Notes: a model not told the origin generated them from the sequence alone. A stretch of DNA of 64,000 nucleotides from Saccostrea cucullata (GCF_032062105.1 NW_026925239.1:62001-126000), one strand, 5' to 3'. Counted from the first letter of the stretch, positions 1 to 12,103 are shown. Translations and numbers: made by a program.

Positions 1-697
1 TTGAGACAGCCAATGAGATTAATGATCTACAGGGAGCGGATTTCTTTGGAATTATCTTATTTTAAGCCTTAATATCGCTGTTTACGAAAAAATGACACAT
101 GGAATGATTTTATTCATCGATGTTTAGTGTTACTATTCATCACAATTATTTATTTACCTCGACATTTGCTTTATTGAGTTATTCAAAATTTCAAGCGCAA
201 GTCTCACTACGTCACGCGTGAACTGTCATGGCTGCGAAATAAGCGAGAAGAAATCACACAGATTTATTTTACATGGTTTTCGCGTTTAACGAGCTATGAT
301 GTCGACAGTGAATAAAAATCTCGTCTTATTAGAAGTAAGTTGAATGTAAAAACAATTTATTCGGCCTGCAGTCGCTAGTATTTAAAAAATATTTTTGCAC
401 CATTACGGAGATGCTATGGAATTGTAGCCCTCTCCAGAAAATATCAGATAAAAAAAAATCGGAGAGGGCTACATTATTGCAGCTAATGGCATCCCACTGA
501 TACAATGAACAACTTTAGATATTTTTTTTCATAAATAATCAGAATTAATAAATTATCCCTATTGTTTGTTTGACTTATTTCTTGTCAATAAAGTAGCCCT
601 AGTATTCTAATTCATTAATTATTCCACCGGACGTGCCCTCAACACATGCTTGAATTTCTCAGATATTTGTTGTCGATATTCCACCCTCCTTTCTTAC

Positions 698-759
698 CTG
701 TCATTCAGCTGTGTGTCGCTCCCTGGAAGAGGATGAACAACACAGTGTATTGATGTCAT
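698..759 (-). CDS. UBR5: E3 ubiquitin-protein ligase UBR5 (EDD/hyd), first coding exon; gene continues beyond the left edge
   Basis: Minus strand reads MTSIHCVVHPLPGSDTQLND(R) then AG|GTAAGA donor. Near-identical to the human UBR5 N-terminus as I recall it ([21 protein letters not shown]). 62-nt phase-2 exon. Confidence 0.92.
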
Positions 760-839
760 GTTTTCCTTTCGTTTTTCCTCTAATTTACTCCCGGAATTAC
801 GATAATAAGTAACATAAATGTTATGAAATTAACTCCACT

Positions 840-930
840 CTTCAGAGAGTCGTCGCCATTTTTCCTCCGTTCGGATTTGCCTTTCACAGAGAAACAGATG
901 TTCTGATTGGCTTAATCGGAAGTATTTAGG
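840..930 (-). promoter_or_regulatory. Putative UBR5 promoter/5'UTR with YY1, CCAAT and ETS motifs
   Basis: AAAATGGCG (YY1; plus-strand CGCCATTTT 854-862), ATTGG 906-910 and CGGAAGT 917-923, clustered 100-170 bp upstream of the UBR5 ATG. Confidence 0.55.
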
Positions 931-1943
931 CGGATCCAGGTTAACAATATTTTTAGTGATGATTTATTTTTATTTTTTACTAAAAGTTGAGAAAGTTCTA
1001 AGATGTTCTCTACTATTCAATTATTTATTGAATTTTTGTTCAACGGTTTGTACTTTACAAAATAAAAATTGATAACTTAAAAAACATGTATTAGGCTATA
1101 ACACACAGTTTTCATTTTTTAAAAAGTTATTAATTAAACTGAGTTTTCTAGAAAAAAAAATAAGAAAACGCAAAATAAGTAATACGTGAAATCCTTTTAA
1201 GGACGTGTGCAATGTTGTCTTGAACTTGAATTTCTTATTCTCTATTCCATTTAAAAATTTCAATTATGATTATTGAAGGATTATATCAAGCCTGTATATA
1301 TATACACATAATGTAAATGAAGTATTTGGGAAATACATATACCAACTAAAGCTATATTTATGCCAATTTTTCTCTAAAAATGCTAAGATTTTCTTCATTT
1401 AATATTTTGTCAAAACTTCTGGTAAAATGCGTGCTATTTTCTGTGTAAGATATAGTTATAGAATAATCTGTGTCTCGGGACAAGCCCTCACCATGCTCAC
1501 CACAATCGTTAAACCGGGTCCGTAGGACATTTATCATTTTAACGATAGAACATTCTATCCATGTAAGACCATCTTGTGATACTCAGATACTGCTGGTGAT
1601 TTGAAAATGAGATTATCTTAGAAAATGAAATTACAATCATTTGGAAAGGTCTTTCTCTTCTCATTCAAAAGATATATGTCCAGCGTTAACGTTTTTGGTA
1701 CAGACGGACAGACTTAAAGACGAATGATATTCAATGTCCCCTCGCTTTCAAATGGTAAGAAAGTGTCAAGTTTTAAGACAGTCAAAGAGACATAACTCTG
1801 ATAACAACCAACGCAACACATCTGTGAACAGCGTCTCAATCCATGGTCCCAAATCCGCAAAAGAAAATAATTTTGGCCGTGGTTTGTGAAGATAATCAGT
1901 GGGTACCAAACTAGATTTTACACCAGTGACCAGTATAGATTAC

Positions 1944-2025
1944 AGGTGCGTGGACACAGATTTGAAGTTAATATTTTCTATATATTTATATCACGACTTA
2001 TATATTTTATAGCATTTCACCTTAA
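1944..2025. mobile_element. Kolobok-like MITE, left-arm remnant
   Basis: AGGTGCGTGGACACAGATTTGAAGTTAATATTTTC matches the terminal sequence of the family at 6620-6645, 7385 and 12495-12520. Confidence 0.55.
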
Positions 2026-3544
2026 AATGTGACAATCTTGTTGTGTATTAATGAAAAATATGCGGAAGCAAGCCTGCATACACGTAATTCAACTTTTTTG
2101 AACGATGGGTGATTTTTTCTACGAATTTTTTAAGGTGTATCATTTCTGTTGACAGCCCCCCCCCCTTTACTAAATGTCTTATGACGTACCTGGCTTGAAC
2201 AATAAAACTCGTATCTTTATCAACATGCACAATATATGTATTCCATGGGGAAAAAGACGACAAATATGAAAATATTATTTTCGGGAAAAAAGTTTTCTGT
2301 ATCTATTCTAAAACGTACTTAAAAAAGTTCGTTCCATGATGAAATACATGTACTTTCGAAAATTTCAAAGTAGTTCTAATCTACTACAAATTTTCAAGTC
2401 TGACAAAATCACAAGATTGTCGCGCTTTAGATTTAAAGGAATTCATTTCTAGCAGGAAGTTATAGGCTTTTATTTCCAATTTCCATATAAAAATATGAAT
2501 GAGGATCTTTAAATTAAAGCACCCAAATCAATGACAGAAATACTGGTCATTTTGTGTGGAAATAATGGATTATTTACTTTTGTTTCTTCACAGCTTATCT
2601 TGCATCACACAAAACTAATGAGCCTAGGTATAAGAAATATTAATCACTTTTCAAAAGAATAGGTTCGTCATTTTGAATTAAATTCTTCACTGACTGCATA
2701 GTACTTGAAAGAATGGATATCGATTGAACTGAACTTTTTTTTCAACCTTTTTTTTTTTCAAAATCAAAATTTAAGTGAAGCAGCTAGCATGCAGCTAGAA
2801 AGGGTCACAATGCAGGCTTTTGGGGGGTAAGGTGGCACAATCAATTGAAACACTTTCAGCTATCATAAATCTAATTCGATGTGAATATTATTGTATTATT
2901 ATTGAGATCCATAAAGTGGTGCTGTTTTATAAAGTATTCTGTGTATCGGCGAAAATTATAAAATTGTTCAGGGCATGACCTCTCCTAGCTCGGTCGTGCC
3001 CCCCCCCCCCCTCTTTGCGCATTCGCTTTTATTTTCGAACAGTTCAGACAGACAAAATGTATCAAGAATCGTCAAACAAATAATAACCACCGAATGATTA
3101 ATTCTTGATAATTGCAGAGTTAATCAATCAATCAATCAGTGTATATAACACTGTATAATAATACGAAAGAGACTGTAAGTAAATTGACACCCCCATGCCC
3201 CCCCCCCCCCCCCCCTCGGAAACCTCTGTTAAGTTGGAAGGAAGAGTCACATTATGAAAAAAAATGAAATTCTGCCATACTCTCCACCACCACCACGAGG
3301 TTTCTTTTACATTTAGGCTGACCTGGAATCTCTGATCTCTAAAAAAAATCCTGAATCCGCACCTGTCGACCATGCTTGAAATCCGTTCATTAGAGGTTTC
3401 TTGGATTTTTTTTGACCGATTTTTTCAAACGTTAGATTTTATTTTTGACATAGTTATAAAAGTCGCAATTAGTATGACTTTTGGGTCCATATTTTCGCTA
3501 AATTGGGCCCTGGACCGACTAAGATTAAAAATCACGGACTTGAA

Positions 3545-3615
3545 GCGCTATTTTCGCGCCATTTTCCTTTCAATCGGAAGTGAAGTAAAAGTCAAAAGGT
3601 GACAGGCAAAATGGT
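3545..3615 (+). promoter_or_regulatory. Putative CpG-containing promoter (YY1 + ETS), possibly the distal TSS of the SLCO gene
   Basis: CGCCATTTT 3557-3565 and CGGAAGTG 3575-3582 in a locally CpG-rich patch. The link to SLCO is inference only. Confidence 0.35.
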
Positions 3616-3952
3616 AATACTCTGAGTGGTGCGTGATAATATGTGCTAAAGAAAGGGGTTTGTATAGTTAGTATCAAATGGATTGTTTCCATTAACATTG
3701 ATTAAGGTTTGTTAATCTGAATTCACTGACTGACAAATGATTCTGTTTCATTATAAGAAACTAGCTGAGTAGTTCATTTAAAAAATGTCATTGTACAAGT
3801 CGTTTTCCATTTCTACAAGGAAAGCCTCTTCACAAATTTAAATTTTATTCTTAATACTTAAGAAAAGTGGGAATTTTGTTGTGTATTAATGAAAAAAAAA
3901 ATTAAATCTATAATACAGAAAATTCAGAGTAGAAATATTCGAAAGTAATAAC

Positions 3953-4627
3953 CAGGTCCGGCACAATCTCTTGATTAAGCTATATAGCTTTAAAAAGCTA
4001 TATAGCTTTATTAAGCTATTCAAAATAGCATGATAAAGCTATTTATATGCAGTTTTTCACAAAAACGGTTTTTGAAAGAAATAAACAAAAAGTCGCAAGT
4101 ATTTGACTATTCATATATATATGTACTATGGACTATCAAAAATACAACCTAAATAATAGAAAGTTCTAACATTGCTGCTGTTGAATACTTTAAGCAAAAT
4201 ATGAATTTCCATTGTTTGAGTAGCTGTGTGTGCGGTGAGGCGTGGGTAAGTATGATTGCTTCTCATTGTGATGAACTGTAACTAATCAATTATACTGTTG
4301 GCCATAACTGGCCTCCTTTATAATTTCATTCAAGAAATAACTGTGTGGTCACTCATCAATAGCCCCAAAACTGTTAAAACTTTGAGTACGAAGTCTCTCA
4401 ATGAGACGCAATTTGGTGAGTGATATTTACATGCATTGTATTCAGAAGAGAACAAAGTTTAATATTTCCACTGCACCTAGGTGCGACTTTTTGCACATGT
4501 TGAAAAAATAACACATTTGAGAAAAAAGTCTGAGAAAATAGCTTAATCAAGCTATTCTGAATAGCTTAATAAAGCTATATAGCTAAATCAAGCTATATAG
4601 CTTAATCAAGAGATTGTGCCGGACCTG
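3953..4627. mobile_element. Non-autonomous DNA transposon (MITE), CAGGT termini, 5-bp TSD
   Basis: 38-bp perfect TIR CAGGTCCGGCACAATCTCTTGATTAAGCTATATAGCTT, ATAAC on both flanks, repeated subterminal AAGCTATATAGCTT palindromes. Confidence 0.9.
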
Positions 4628-5000
4628 ATAACACTATCACTAGTATCATCACTCAGTGCTCAGTGTACTATACAGAAAATATTGAATACACCCGTGAAAC
4701 AAACTGTTTTTGTAAACAGGGCACAAGCTCTGTTATTGTTAATGTTTACAATTCACAGGGTGTGTTGACTGTGTTCAATTTTAAAGTCTGAAAACACCAC
4801 TGAGAATGGACTGACATTATACTTCGAGTTTGTTTTCCTTTTACATTTTTATTCTGAATTTTTAGATTATAGCCTAGTTTTAATTTTTTCATGAATATTG
4901 AAGTCAATATTTTCTCTATAATATTACGACTTGCATATTTTAATAGCATTTCACACAAAAATGAGAAATATTAAAACTTTTATCCAGAAAGTTAATTTTA

Positions 5001-5932
5001 TTAGCTCTACTGGTCAGAGACCAGAAGAGCTTATGCGATAGTCATGCGTCCGGCGTCCATCCGTCTGTCTGTCTGTCTGTCTGTAAACAATTTTTCAAAA
5101 TGCTACTCCTCCTACAGTTTTGGTTTTATTTCAATATAACTTGGCACACAAGTAGACTACACTAAGATACATAATTCTGTGTATCAGATTTTGATTTCGA
5201 TGAACGGTGTTGCTGTGGTTACTAAAAATAGAAATTTCTGTGAAATTCTTTCAAAATGCTACTCCTTCTACAGTTTTGGTCTGCTTTCAATATAACTTGG
5301 CACACAAGTAGACTACACTAAGATGCATAATTCTGTTTATCGGTTTTTGATTTCGATGAACGGTGTTGCCATGGTTACTAAAAATAGAAATTTCTGTGAA
5401 ATTCTTTCAAAATGCTACTTTTCCTACAGTTTTGGTCTTATTTCAATATAAGTTGGCACACAAGTAGACTACACTAAGATACAAAATTCTTTGTGTCAGT
5501 TTTTCACTTTATTGAACGGTGTTGCTGTGGTTACTAAAAATAGAAATTTCTGTGAAATTCTTTCAAAATGCTACTTTTCCTACAGTTTTGGTCTTATTTC
5601 AATATAACTTGGCACACAAGTAGACTACACTAAGGTACATAATTCTTTGTGTCAGTTTTTCACTTTATTGAACGGTGTTGCCGTGGTTACTAAAAATTGA
5701 AATTTCTGTTAAATACTCTCAAAATGCTACTCCAAATACAATTTTAGTCTGATTATAATATAATTTGGCATGCAAGTAGACTACACTAAGAACATAAGGA
5801 GACTTAATCAAGGATCATAATTCTATTTATTGCTGTTGTAAAGTTTCAATTCCCAACTGCTTAAGTACTTTTCTCTTCCTTTTTTGTAAGTGCAAACCAG
5901 TAGAGCTTCAGTCTCAACAGAGACTTCTTGTT
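5001..5932 (+). mobile_element. Helentron-associated non-autonomous element (HINE family A) with 156-bp tandem array (~4.5 units)
   Basis: 5' subTIR AGCTCTACTGG, (GTCT)n microsatellite, 156-bp units at 5096/5252/5408/5564/5720, 3' CCAGTAGAGCT plus AGTCTC-N4-GAGACT hairpin, TT insertion site. Confidence 0.88.
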
Positions 5933-6269
5933 TAGAGTAGAAATGTTAAAATTAAGCAAAACTCCTTCACAAGTATCGTTATTCCGAACTAAGAGTTGCG
6001 TACAGAGTTTAGCAAATCGAGCACACTCGTGTTATGTACACAGTTTTTGTAAACAGGGCACGAGTTCTGTTATTGTTGATGTACAGTTTACAATTCACCG
6101 GGTGTGTTCAATCGTCACAGTCTGCTTACCACAACTGCACGGACTGACAATACATTGGGTGTTTGTTTTGCTTTCGAACATATATACTCTGAATTTTCTG
6201 GATTATAGTATTAATATTTTTCATTTATACACAACGAGATTGCCACTTTTCCTAAGGATTAAGAACAGA

Positions 6270-6649
6270 ATTAATTTGTGAAAGAGCAAGGATGTGTCAA
6301 TCAAACCCGCCAAAAAATTTGAAATTTTAATATCTTTTATATGAAATACGATTTTTAATTAATTTTTGTGTGAAATGCTATTAAAATATATAAGTTGTAA
6401 TATTATAGAGAAAATAATAACTTCAAATCTTTGTCTAAGTACCTTTATGGATGAAATTATAACTTGTGAAATTGCAAGGATATGTCGATCAAACCCGACC
6501 AGAAATTGGTACTTTCAATAACTTCGAAATGAAATAAGATTTTTTTTATTATATCTTATTGTGAAATGCTGTAGCAATATATAAGTCGTAATATTGTACA
6601 GAAAATTTGAGAAAATATTAACTTCAAATCTGTGTCTATGCACCTTTAA
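6270..6649. mobile_element. Two tandem right arms of Kolobok-like MITE
   Basis: Two diverged ~190-bp copies ending CTTCAAATCTTTGTCTAAGTACCTTTA (~6448) and CTTCAAATCTGTGTCTATGCACCT-TTAA (6645-6649). Confidence 0.6.
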
Positions 6650-7167
6650 CTGCAAATATCCTGGTCTTCTAAGGCAAATCCTCAGATCTACTTGTATTGC
6701 TTTTGTATTCTAAAACTGGAGAAATACTCGTTCATGTAAAATGTGACACCAGGAAACAAAATGTTGATGTTTTGACCCTGTTGGTAAATTTTGGAAATTG
6801 GAAATGATGTATTCATAATTACAACAGAATTGACCTATTGGAGAGAAAAAGTCACATTTAAAAATCAACGTCTCTAGTAGTATTCTATCATATATTTGTT
6901 TAAATTTTTAAATTTGAAAGTTAAGTAAGTTGATTTCCGTTGATAATTCTACTGGAATGTAAATTTCGCCAAGCGAAAGGTCAGGAGCTAAGAAGGCCTA
7001 ATATGCTTGTAAATCTAGTGCATCAGTCTTGGTGTCTGACATCAGTGGCCAGGTACTATATGTATTAAAATTGACATGGGAGCTCGGCCTCATGTAATTT
7101 AAAGAACTACTTTATTAGTCAAAATATTTAAATCTAAATTTACAATTTCATTTCTTAATGAAATGGA

Positions 7168-7341
7168 AATATAAGGAATCACTGTCTAGTTCGGTGGGTA
7201 CCGGTATGCCAGATACATCAACGATGGTTGGAAACATGGGATAAATGTATAACCATTGCTGTTATGCAAATTATCCCACATTTCCAATTATCGTTGATGC
7301 CCTGGCATACCCAACAAACTAGACAGTGATTCCTTTTATAT
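7168..7341. mobile_element. Palindromic MITE
   Basis: AAGGAATCACTGTCTAGTT ... AACTAGACAGTGATTCCTT, with imperfect complementarity continuing to the centre. Confidence 0.75.
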
Positions 7342-7723
7342 TTACATGGAAGTGTTCCTTTAAGGACTTATACTTCAAACTTAAAGGTGCATAGACAGAG
7401 ATTTGAAGGTAATTTTTTGTATAATCTCATGACTTATAAATGTTATAAAGTAAGTAAGTAAGTAATTTATTATACAATTACATTCTTTTGTCAACAGACT
7501 GTATAAAATAACAATAAACACCCGGCCCATCGGGCCTATATGCCACTTTAAACACAAAATAGAAATACAATATACAAAGAAAATAAAGAGCAGAACGTTA
7601 AGAAAATAACAAAAAAGTGAAAGATTGTGATAAATGTTTATATTAATATGCATTTTGTATGCTGAGATTGGAAGTGTCTTTTATAAAGATTATTGGTAAA
7701 TGATAATGACATTGAAATACGTT

Positions 7724-10700
7724 TTATTTTCTATACATAAAGGACTGTCTTCGCATAAATGAAAAATACAAATACTTTGCTACCTGTCTAGGATGATTTG
7801 AAATAAGTTCACATAGTAAATCTATATCTGACCACTCCGTTGGATTAAGACCAGTGTTTTCAAAAAGTTTTGATCGATATTCAGAGTATAAAGGACAGTG
7901 CAGTAAAAAATGAATTTCGTCTTCTACATTGTTTCTAATACAAAGTGTACAAATTCGATCCTCAACAGATTCACCATGACATCTACCGGTTTCTATTCGT
8001 AAAGGTAAAATGCCACTTCTAAATTGTGCTAAAATTGAACGTAAATATTTGGGCATATCAAGTTCTAAATAATTTTCTCTACCAAACGTTGTTTTAAAAT
8101 TAACATAGGTCCTCAGTTTTGGAATGCTTAAAATCTCATTGCACCAAAGGTTTGAGTAATAATTGTGTATTTTTAATTGAACCATATTTATATCTACCAT
8201 AAGCTTTGCCTCGAAATAGTCATCCAACCCTAGTTGGTGTAATATGTCTTTCAAATCACTGCACCAATTATTTTTACACTTATTGTAGTCAACTTCAAAA
8301 ACAATTCTTGTAATTCGATCATTGCCAAAGGATAAAACTCTATTCCAATATCTGATTACACTTATCCAATGTCTATACTGACTTGGAATCCATCCAGTGT
8401 CCCCATAAACCCCTAATGTAGGAGCAAAACGGTGAACCCCAATAAAATACCTAATAGCTCTGTTCTGTATATTATCTATAGGCTGGAATTTTTTGTAACC
8501 CCAGACACTGGATGCATAATCCAAAACAGGTATGACACAAGAGTAAAACAGTTTTTCATAAGCATTAAACCTGAAATCTTTATTACTATGAATCGAAGAT
8601 ATAATTTTCCCTAGTGCACGTCCCCCTGCTTTAGCAAGATTTTCTGCATTTTTCATGAAATTACCAGTGTGCGTAAATGTTATACCTAAATACTTATAAT
8701 TTTCAACTGTTTCTAACTTATTTAGTCCTATAGTGAATTCACAATTGGCTGCCCTTGACCTAGTTTTATTAAAATGTACACACTTAGATTTTTTGGTGTT
8801 TATAAGAACTCTCCAACGTCTACACCAGCTATGTAGTTTATCTAGCATAATTTGTAAATCTTCAGGAGACTTGGCTATTAAAGCGATGTCATCTGCATAT
8901 AATAAGATGGACAATTTTCGATCAACTAGTTCTATGCCTAAATTAAGATTATTAATATCCTGTACCAGATCATTAATAAAAATTGAAAACAGGGTAGGGG
9001 ATAAATTATCTCCTTGTTTAACACCAGTTTTGCAACTAAACCAATTTGTGAGCTTATTATTCACTCTTACACAGGATTCTGAACTTTGGTAAATATTCTT
9101 TATCGAATTATAAACTTTTCCATCTATATTATGTAATAAAAGTTTGTAAAGCATCATATCCCTATCAACAAAATCAAAACATTTTTGAAGGTCAATAAAT
9201 GCAACATAGAGATTTTTATTGTTTTGGACTAAACTATTCAATGTAAATAAATGATCTTCACACGATCTTTCCTTTCTAAACCCATTTTGTTCATCTGCTA
9301 AAATGTCGTTATTCTCTAAATAACTCATAATTCTTTTGTTTATGAAGGAACTGTACAGTTTGCTAATGCATGGCAACAGGCTCACTCCACGGTAATTCAT
9401 TGGGACACGTTTGTCTGAAGAGGGATCCTTAAGAATAGGGCATATTATTGCTTTCCTCCACACCGAGGGGATCATGCTTGTATCGATAATATATTGAAAA
9501 AGACGACATATTGTGTTGATAACAACTGGATATTTCAAAACACTGTAAGGAATTTCGTCGAATCCACAAGCCGAATTGGATTTTGCACGCATCACTATAT
9601 CAGAAATTTCCTGAAACGATACATCACGATTAATTTCTTCGTTACACTGGTACAATTCTTCATCCATCCGGCGTTCTCTGAAATCTTTATCTGATTTTGA
9701 TTCGTTGTAGTGGACGTTATCAAATTCGGTACTTCCACACCCGTTATACAGATTTTCAAAATCAACTCTCCATCGTTCCAAGATTTCCTGTTCGTTGAAT
9801 ATACTATTTCCTTCATCATCCAAAACCTCCATTGGTATATTGTGTTCATTTCTAGGGCCAAGGTTTCGAATTTTATTCCAGAATTCATTTGGATTTGTCG
9901 AACTCATATCTTCTATTACATTAGCAAATGATTTCTTATAGGTGCGTTCAGCGCGTCTAAGAGTTTTATCAAATAAATCTCGTGCTTCGATATATTCCCG
10001 TCTAAGAGCAGATTTGACTTTTCTTTCCCCCTTATATCGTATGAAATTATTTTCTTTTTCTCGTGTCACGTTCCATAGATCTGTTAATTGGTCTGTCCAA
10101 TATGGTTTGCTATTTTTAAAACGTTTCTTATTACTTCTTGTTAAAACTTTTGGAAGTTTGGATTCCATTTCAGCATAAATTATTTCACATAGCTGTTCAT
10201 AAATCTCGTCAATACTTTCTTGTGTTTTTCGGCTGTTTTCAATGAGATCGATTGTCGCTATCAAGGCAGACCGTCTCAACTCACTTGACATAAAATCATG
10301 TGGGATCTTATTAAATTGAAAACGATTTTGACAGTGTGCACTTTTTGGGATACTAGGAACTAGACAACAATCGGATAAATTAAATTCACACATGATGACG
10401 GAATGATCAGGAAGTTTAGATTTTTCCCCGACAAATTTCAATAGTTCAAATTCCGCTACAATATTCTGTATAGTTAAAACCGTGAAGTTCTTGATTCGTC
10501 TAAATACATCTATTGGTACACATATATAATCTACTACAGATTTTCCCTTCCTTGAAATGCATGTGAAGTTATCATCTGGGAATCTACCATTCAATACACA
10601 GAAATTTGCTTCATTGAGAAAGTCAATTAATTCATGCCCGTGTTGATTAACAGTGTTGTCTATAGCTGTGCGATTAGGGATATGATCAATGTCTTGAAGT

Positions 10701-11209
10701 ACGTCATTCGAATGGCCAATTCTAGAGTTTAGGTCACCCATCACAAAAATAGCGTCACTTTCGCAATTCAAATAAATCTGTGTTAACAGATGTGTATAGA
10801 AACCTTGAGCATCTCGCCCTCTGTTAGAATATTCGGGTGGTAAATAACATGCAAACACAGTGAATTCAAAATCAGAACTACGGTTTTTCAGCTTTATTCC
10901 AAGTATACCATCAACCTTTTTGTCAATCACTAATATCTCAAACTGATCAGATAACCATTCTTTTATAAATATACCGACGCCACCGGAAGGTTTGGGTGCA
11001 TTTACATGTATATTTCTTCTATTAAAACCAAACCACCTATAACCTGGAATTTCGATATTATTTTCTTCTTTTAGATGTGTTTCACTAACGGCAATTACAT
11101 CATAACTTAGTGCACAAATAATTTGGTTTCTAAGTTCACCGTTTTCTTTTGTCCAACCACAGACATTTAAATGACCTAATTTAAGACTGTCAATAGGCCG
11201 GGAAAGTCC
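7724..11209 (-). CDS. LINE ORF2: AP endonuclease + reverse transcriptase + C-terminal CCHC (1161 aa open frame, no AUG at its start)
   Basis: Frame is open 93 codons upstream of the tracked GTG start and carries APE motifs HLNVCG, VSETHL, SGGVGIFI, followed by GDLNS, VVDY, LPDH; RT motifs QNGFRK, FIDLQKCFD, QGDNLSP, YADD, YKYLG. Confidence 0.93.
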   Translation of the reverse strand, partial: GLSRPIDSLKLGHLNVCGWTKENGELRNQIICALSYDVIAVSETHLKEENNIEIPGYRWFGFNRRNIHVNAPKPSGGVGIFIKEWLSDQFEILVIDKKVDGILGIKLKNRSSDFEFTVFACYLPPEYSNRGRDAQGFYTHLLTQIYLNCESDAIFVMGDLNSRIGHSNDVLQDIDHIPNRTAIDNTVNQHGHELIDFLNEANFCVLNGRFPDDNFTCISRKGKSVVDYICVPIDVFRRIKNFTVLTIQNIVAEFELLKFVGEKSKLPDHSVIMCEFNLSDCCLVPSIPKSAHCQNRFQFNKIPHDFMSSELRRSALIATIDLIENSRKTQESIDEIYEQLCEIIYAEMESKLPKVLTRSNKKRFKNSKPYWTDQLTDLWNVTREKENNFIRYKGERKVKSALRREYIEARDLFDKTLRRAERTYKKSFANVIEDMSSTNPNEFWNKIRNLGPRNEHNIPMEVLDDEGNSIFNEQEILERWRVDFENLYNGCGSTEFDNVHYNESKSDKDFRERRMDEELYQCNEEINRDVSFQEISDIVMRAKSNSACGFDEIPYSVLKYPVVINTICRLFQYIIDTSMIPSVWRKAIICPILKDPSSDKRVPMNYRGVSLLPCISKLYSSFINKRIMSYLENNDILADEQNGFRKERSCEDHLFTLNSLVQNNKNLYVAFIDLQKCFDFVDRDMMLYKLLLHNIDGKVYNSIKNIYQSSESCVRVNNKLTNWFSCKTGVKQGDNLSPTLFSIFINDLVQDINNLNLGIELVDRKLSILLYADDIALIAKSPEDLQIMLDKLHSWCRRWRVLINTKKSKCVHFNKTRSRAANCEFTIGLNKLETVENYKYLGITFTHTGNFMKNAENLAKAGGRALGKIISSIHSNKDFRFNAYEKLFYSCVIPVLDYASSVWGYKKFQPIDNIQNRAIRYFIGVHRFAPTLGVYGDTGWIPSQYRHWISVIRYWNRVLSFGNDRITRIVFEVDYNKCKNNWCSDLKDILHQLGLDDYFEAKLMVDINMVQLKIHNYYSNLWCNEILSIPKLRTYVNFKTTFGRENYLELDMPKYLRSILAQFRSGILPLRIETGRCHGESVEDRICTLCIRNNVEDEIHFLLHCPLYSEYRSKLFENTGLNPTEWSDIDLLCELISNHPRQVAKYLYFSFMRRQSFMYRK

Positions 11210-12103
11210 CTACAGGTGGTCCTCGCGATCTTGATCATGAAAGTCGGGTGAGTTGTTTTGTTGTGTGTTTTGAGTTTTTTTCACGATTCTTCCATTGGAA
11301 GTTATGCGAAATTGGTTGCCGTTTGGAATCTGATTCAGGATAGTTTTTGCGTTAAGCTCTATCAATCTCTCTGTGTGTGATTTTGAGGATCTAAGAAAGA
11401 CCGATTTATATGCTTCAACATTTTGTAGATCCCGTTTCTTTCGTAGAATTTCTATTTTCTCGTCAACTGAGCGGAAACTAATTTTGACTAGACCGGGTCT
11501 GCCGAAACCTCTGCTCTTTAGCCGTGCCGCCGCAACTACTTTGACAGAATCACTTAGGTGACTAATAATATCATTAGCAATCTCGAAAATATTCTCATCC
11601 TCACACTGCCTAACGTTATTTGCAATTATCGTGAGCTCGGGATCAAAAAGCGTGTTCGCCTGACTTTTCTTGTTTGTACCGCTTGCCAATTCTTGTTCGT
11701 ATTCAGGTCGTTCTAGATTCTCAACCTTTTGCATTCTTTCAATGAGTGCGTCAACCGACCGTGACAGCGAATCGATTTGTCCCTGATGTCTGCCAAGTTC
11801 AAGGTCAAAATCTGATTTCATTGCTTTGAATTTTTCGTCAATGCTTGCCATGAACTCGTTACGAAATTTATCTAATTTGCTATCAAACGACGACCTTAGT
11901 TCTTTTTGACCTTTCTGAAGGCTGCTTACCGCGTCTGCTATAACAGTCATCTGATCAATTATTTTCGTTTCAAAATCTTTGACATTCGATTCATCCTTTC
12001 CATCCGCCATTTTGATCATTTTGCTGGGGGGCTTCTCGGTTTGCCCGTCTGACGAAAGCCTACGCCTCTCCCTTTCCCATATTTCTGCCATTTTCTCTTT
12101 CAT
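11210..12103 (-). CDS. LINE ORF1 protein (coiled coil + RRM/CTD-like), 297 aa from first ATG
   Basis: Heptad-rich central region, then RPGLVKISFRS..K..IL.K..L...VFLR motif typical of L1-type ORF1p; lies directly upstream of ORF2. Confidence 0.85.
   Translation of the reverse strand: MKEKMAEIWERERRRLSSDGQTEKPPSKMIKMADGKDESNVKDFETKIIDQMTVIADAVSSLQKGQKELRSSFDSKLDKFRNEFMASIDEKFKAMKSDFDLELGRHQGQIDSLSRSVDALIERMQKVENLERPEYEQELASGTNKKSQANTLFDPELTIIANNVRQCEDENIFEIANDIISHLSDSVKVVAAARLKSRGFGRPGLVKISFRSVDEKIEILRKKRDLQNVEAYKSVFLRSSKSHTERLIELNAKTILNQIPNGNQFRITSNGRIVKKTQNTQQNNSPDFHDQDREDHL

Noticed and set aside
424-474. GTAGCCCTCTCC...GGAGAGGGCTAC hairpin in UBR5 intron 1
   Set aside because: Most likely a small TE remnant; no features of a tRNA, snoRNA or miRNA that I can support.
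10928-10930. Tracked GTG start of LINE ORF2
   Set aside because: The frame is open and homologous to APE for 93 more codons upstream, so this start would remove catalytic motifs.
8432-11561. Several plus-strand ORFs overlapping the LINE
   Set aside because: Antisense shadows of ORF1/ORF2 with no recognisable motifs.
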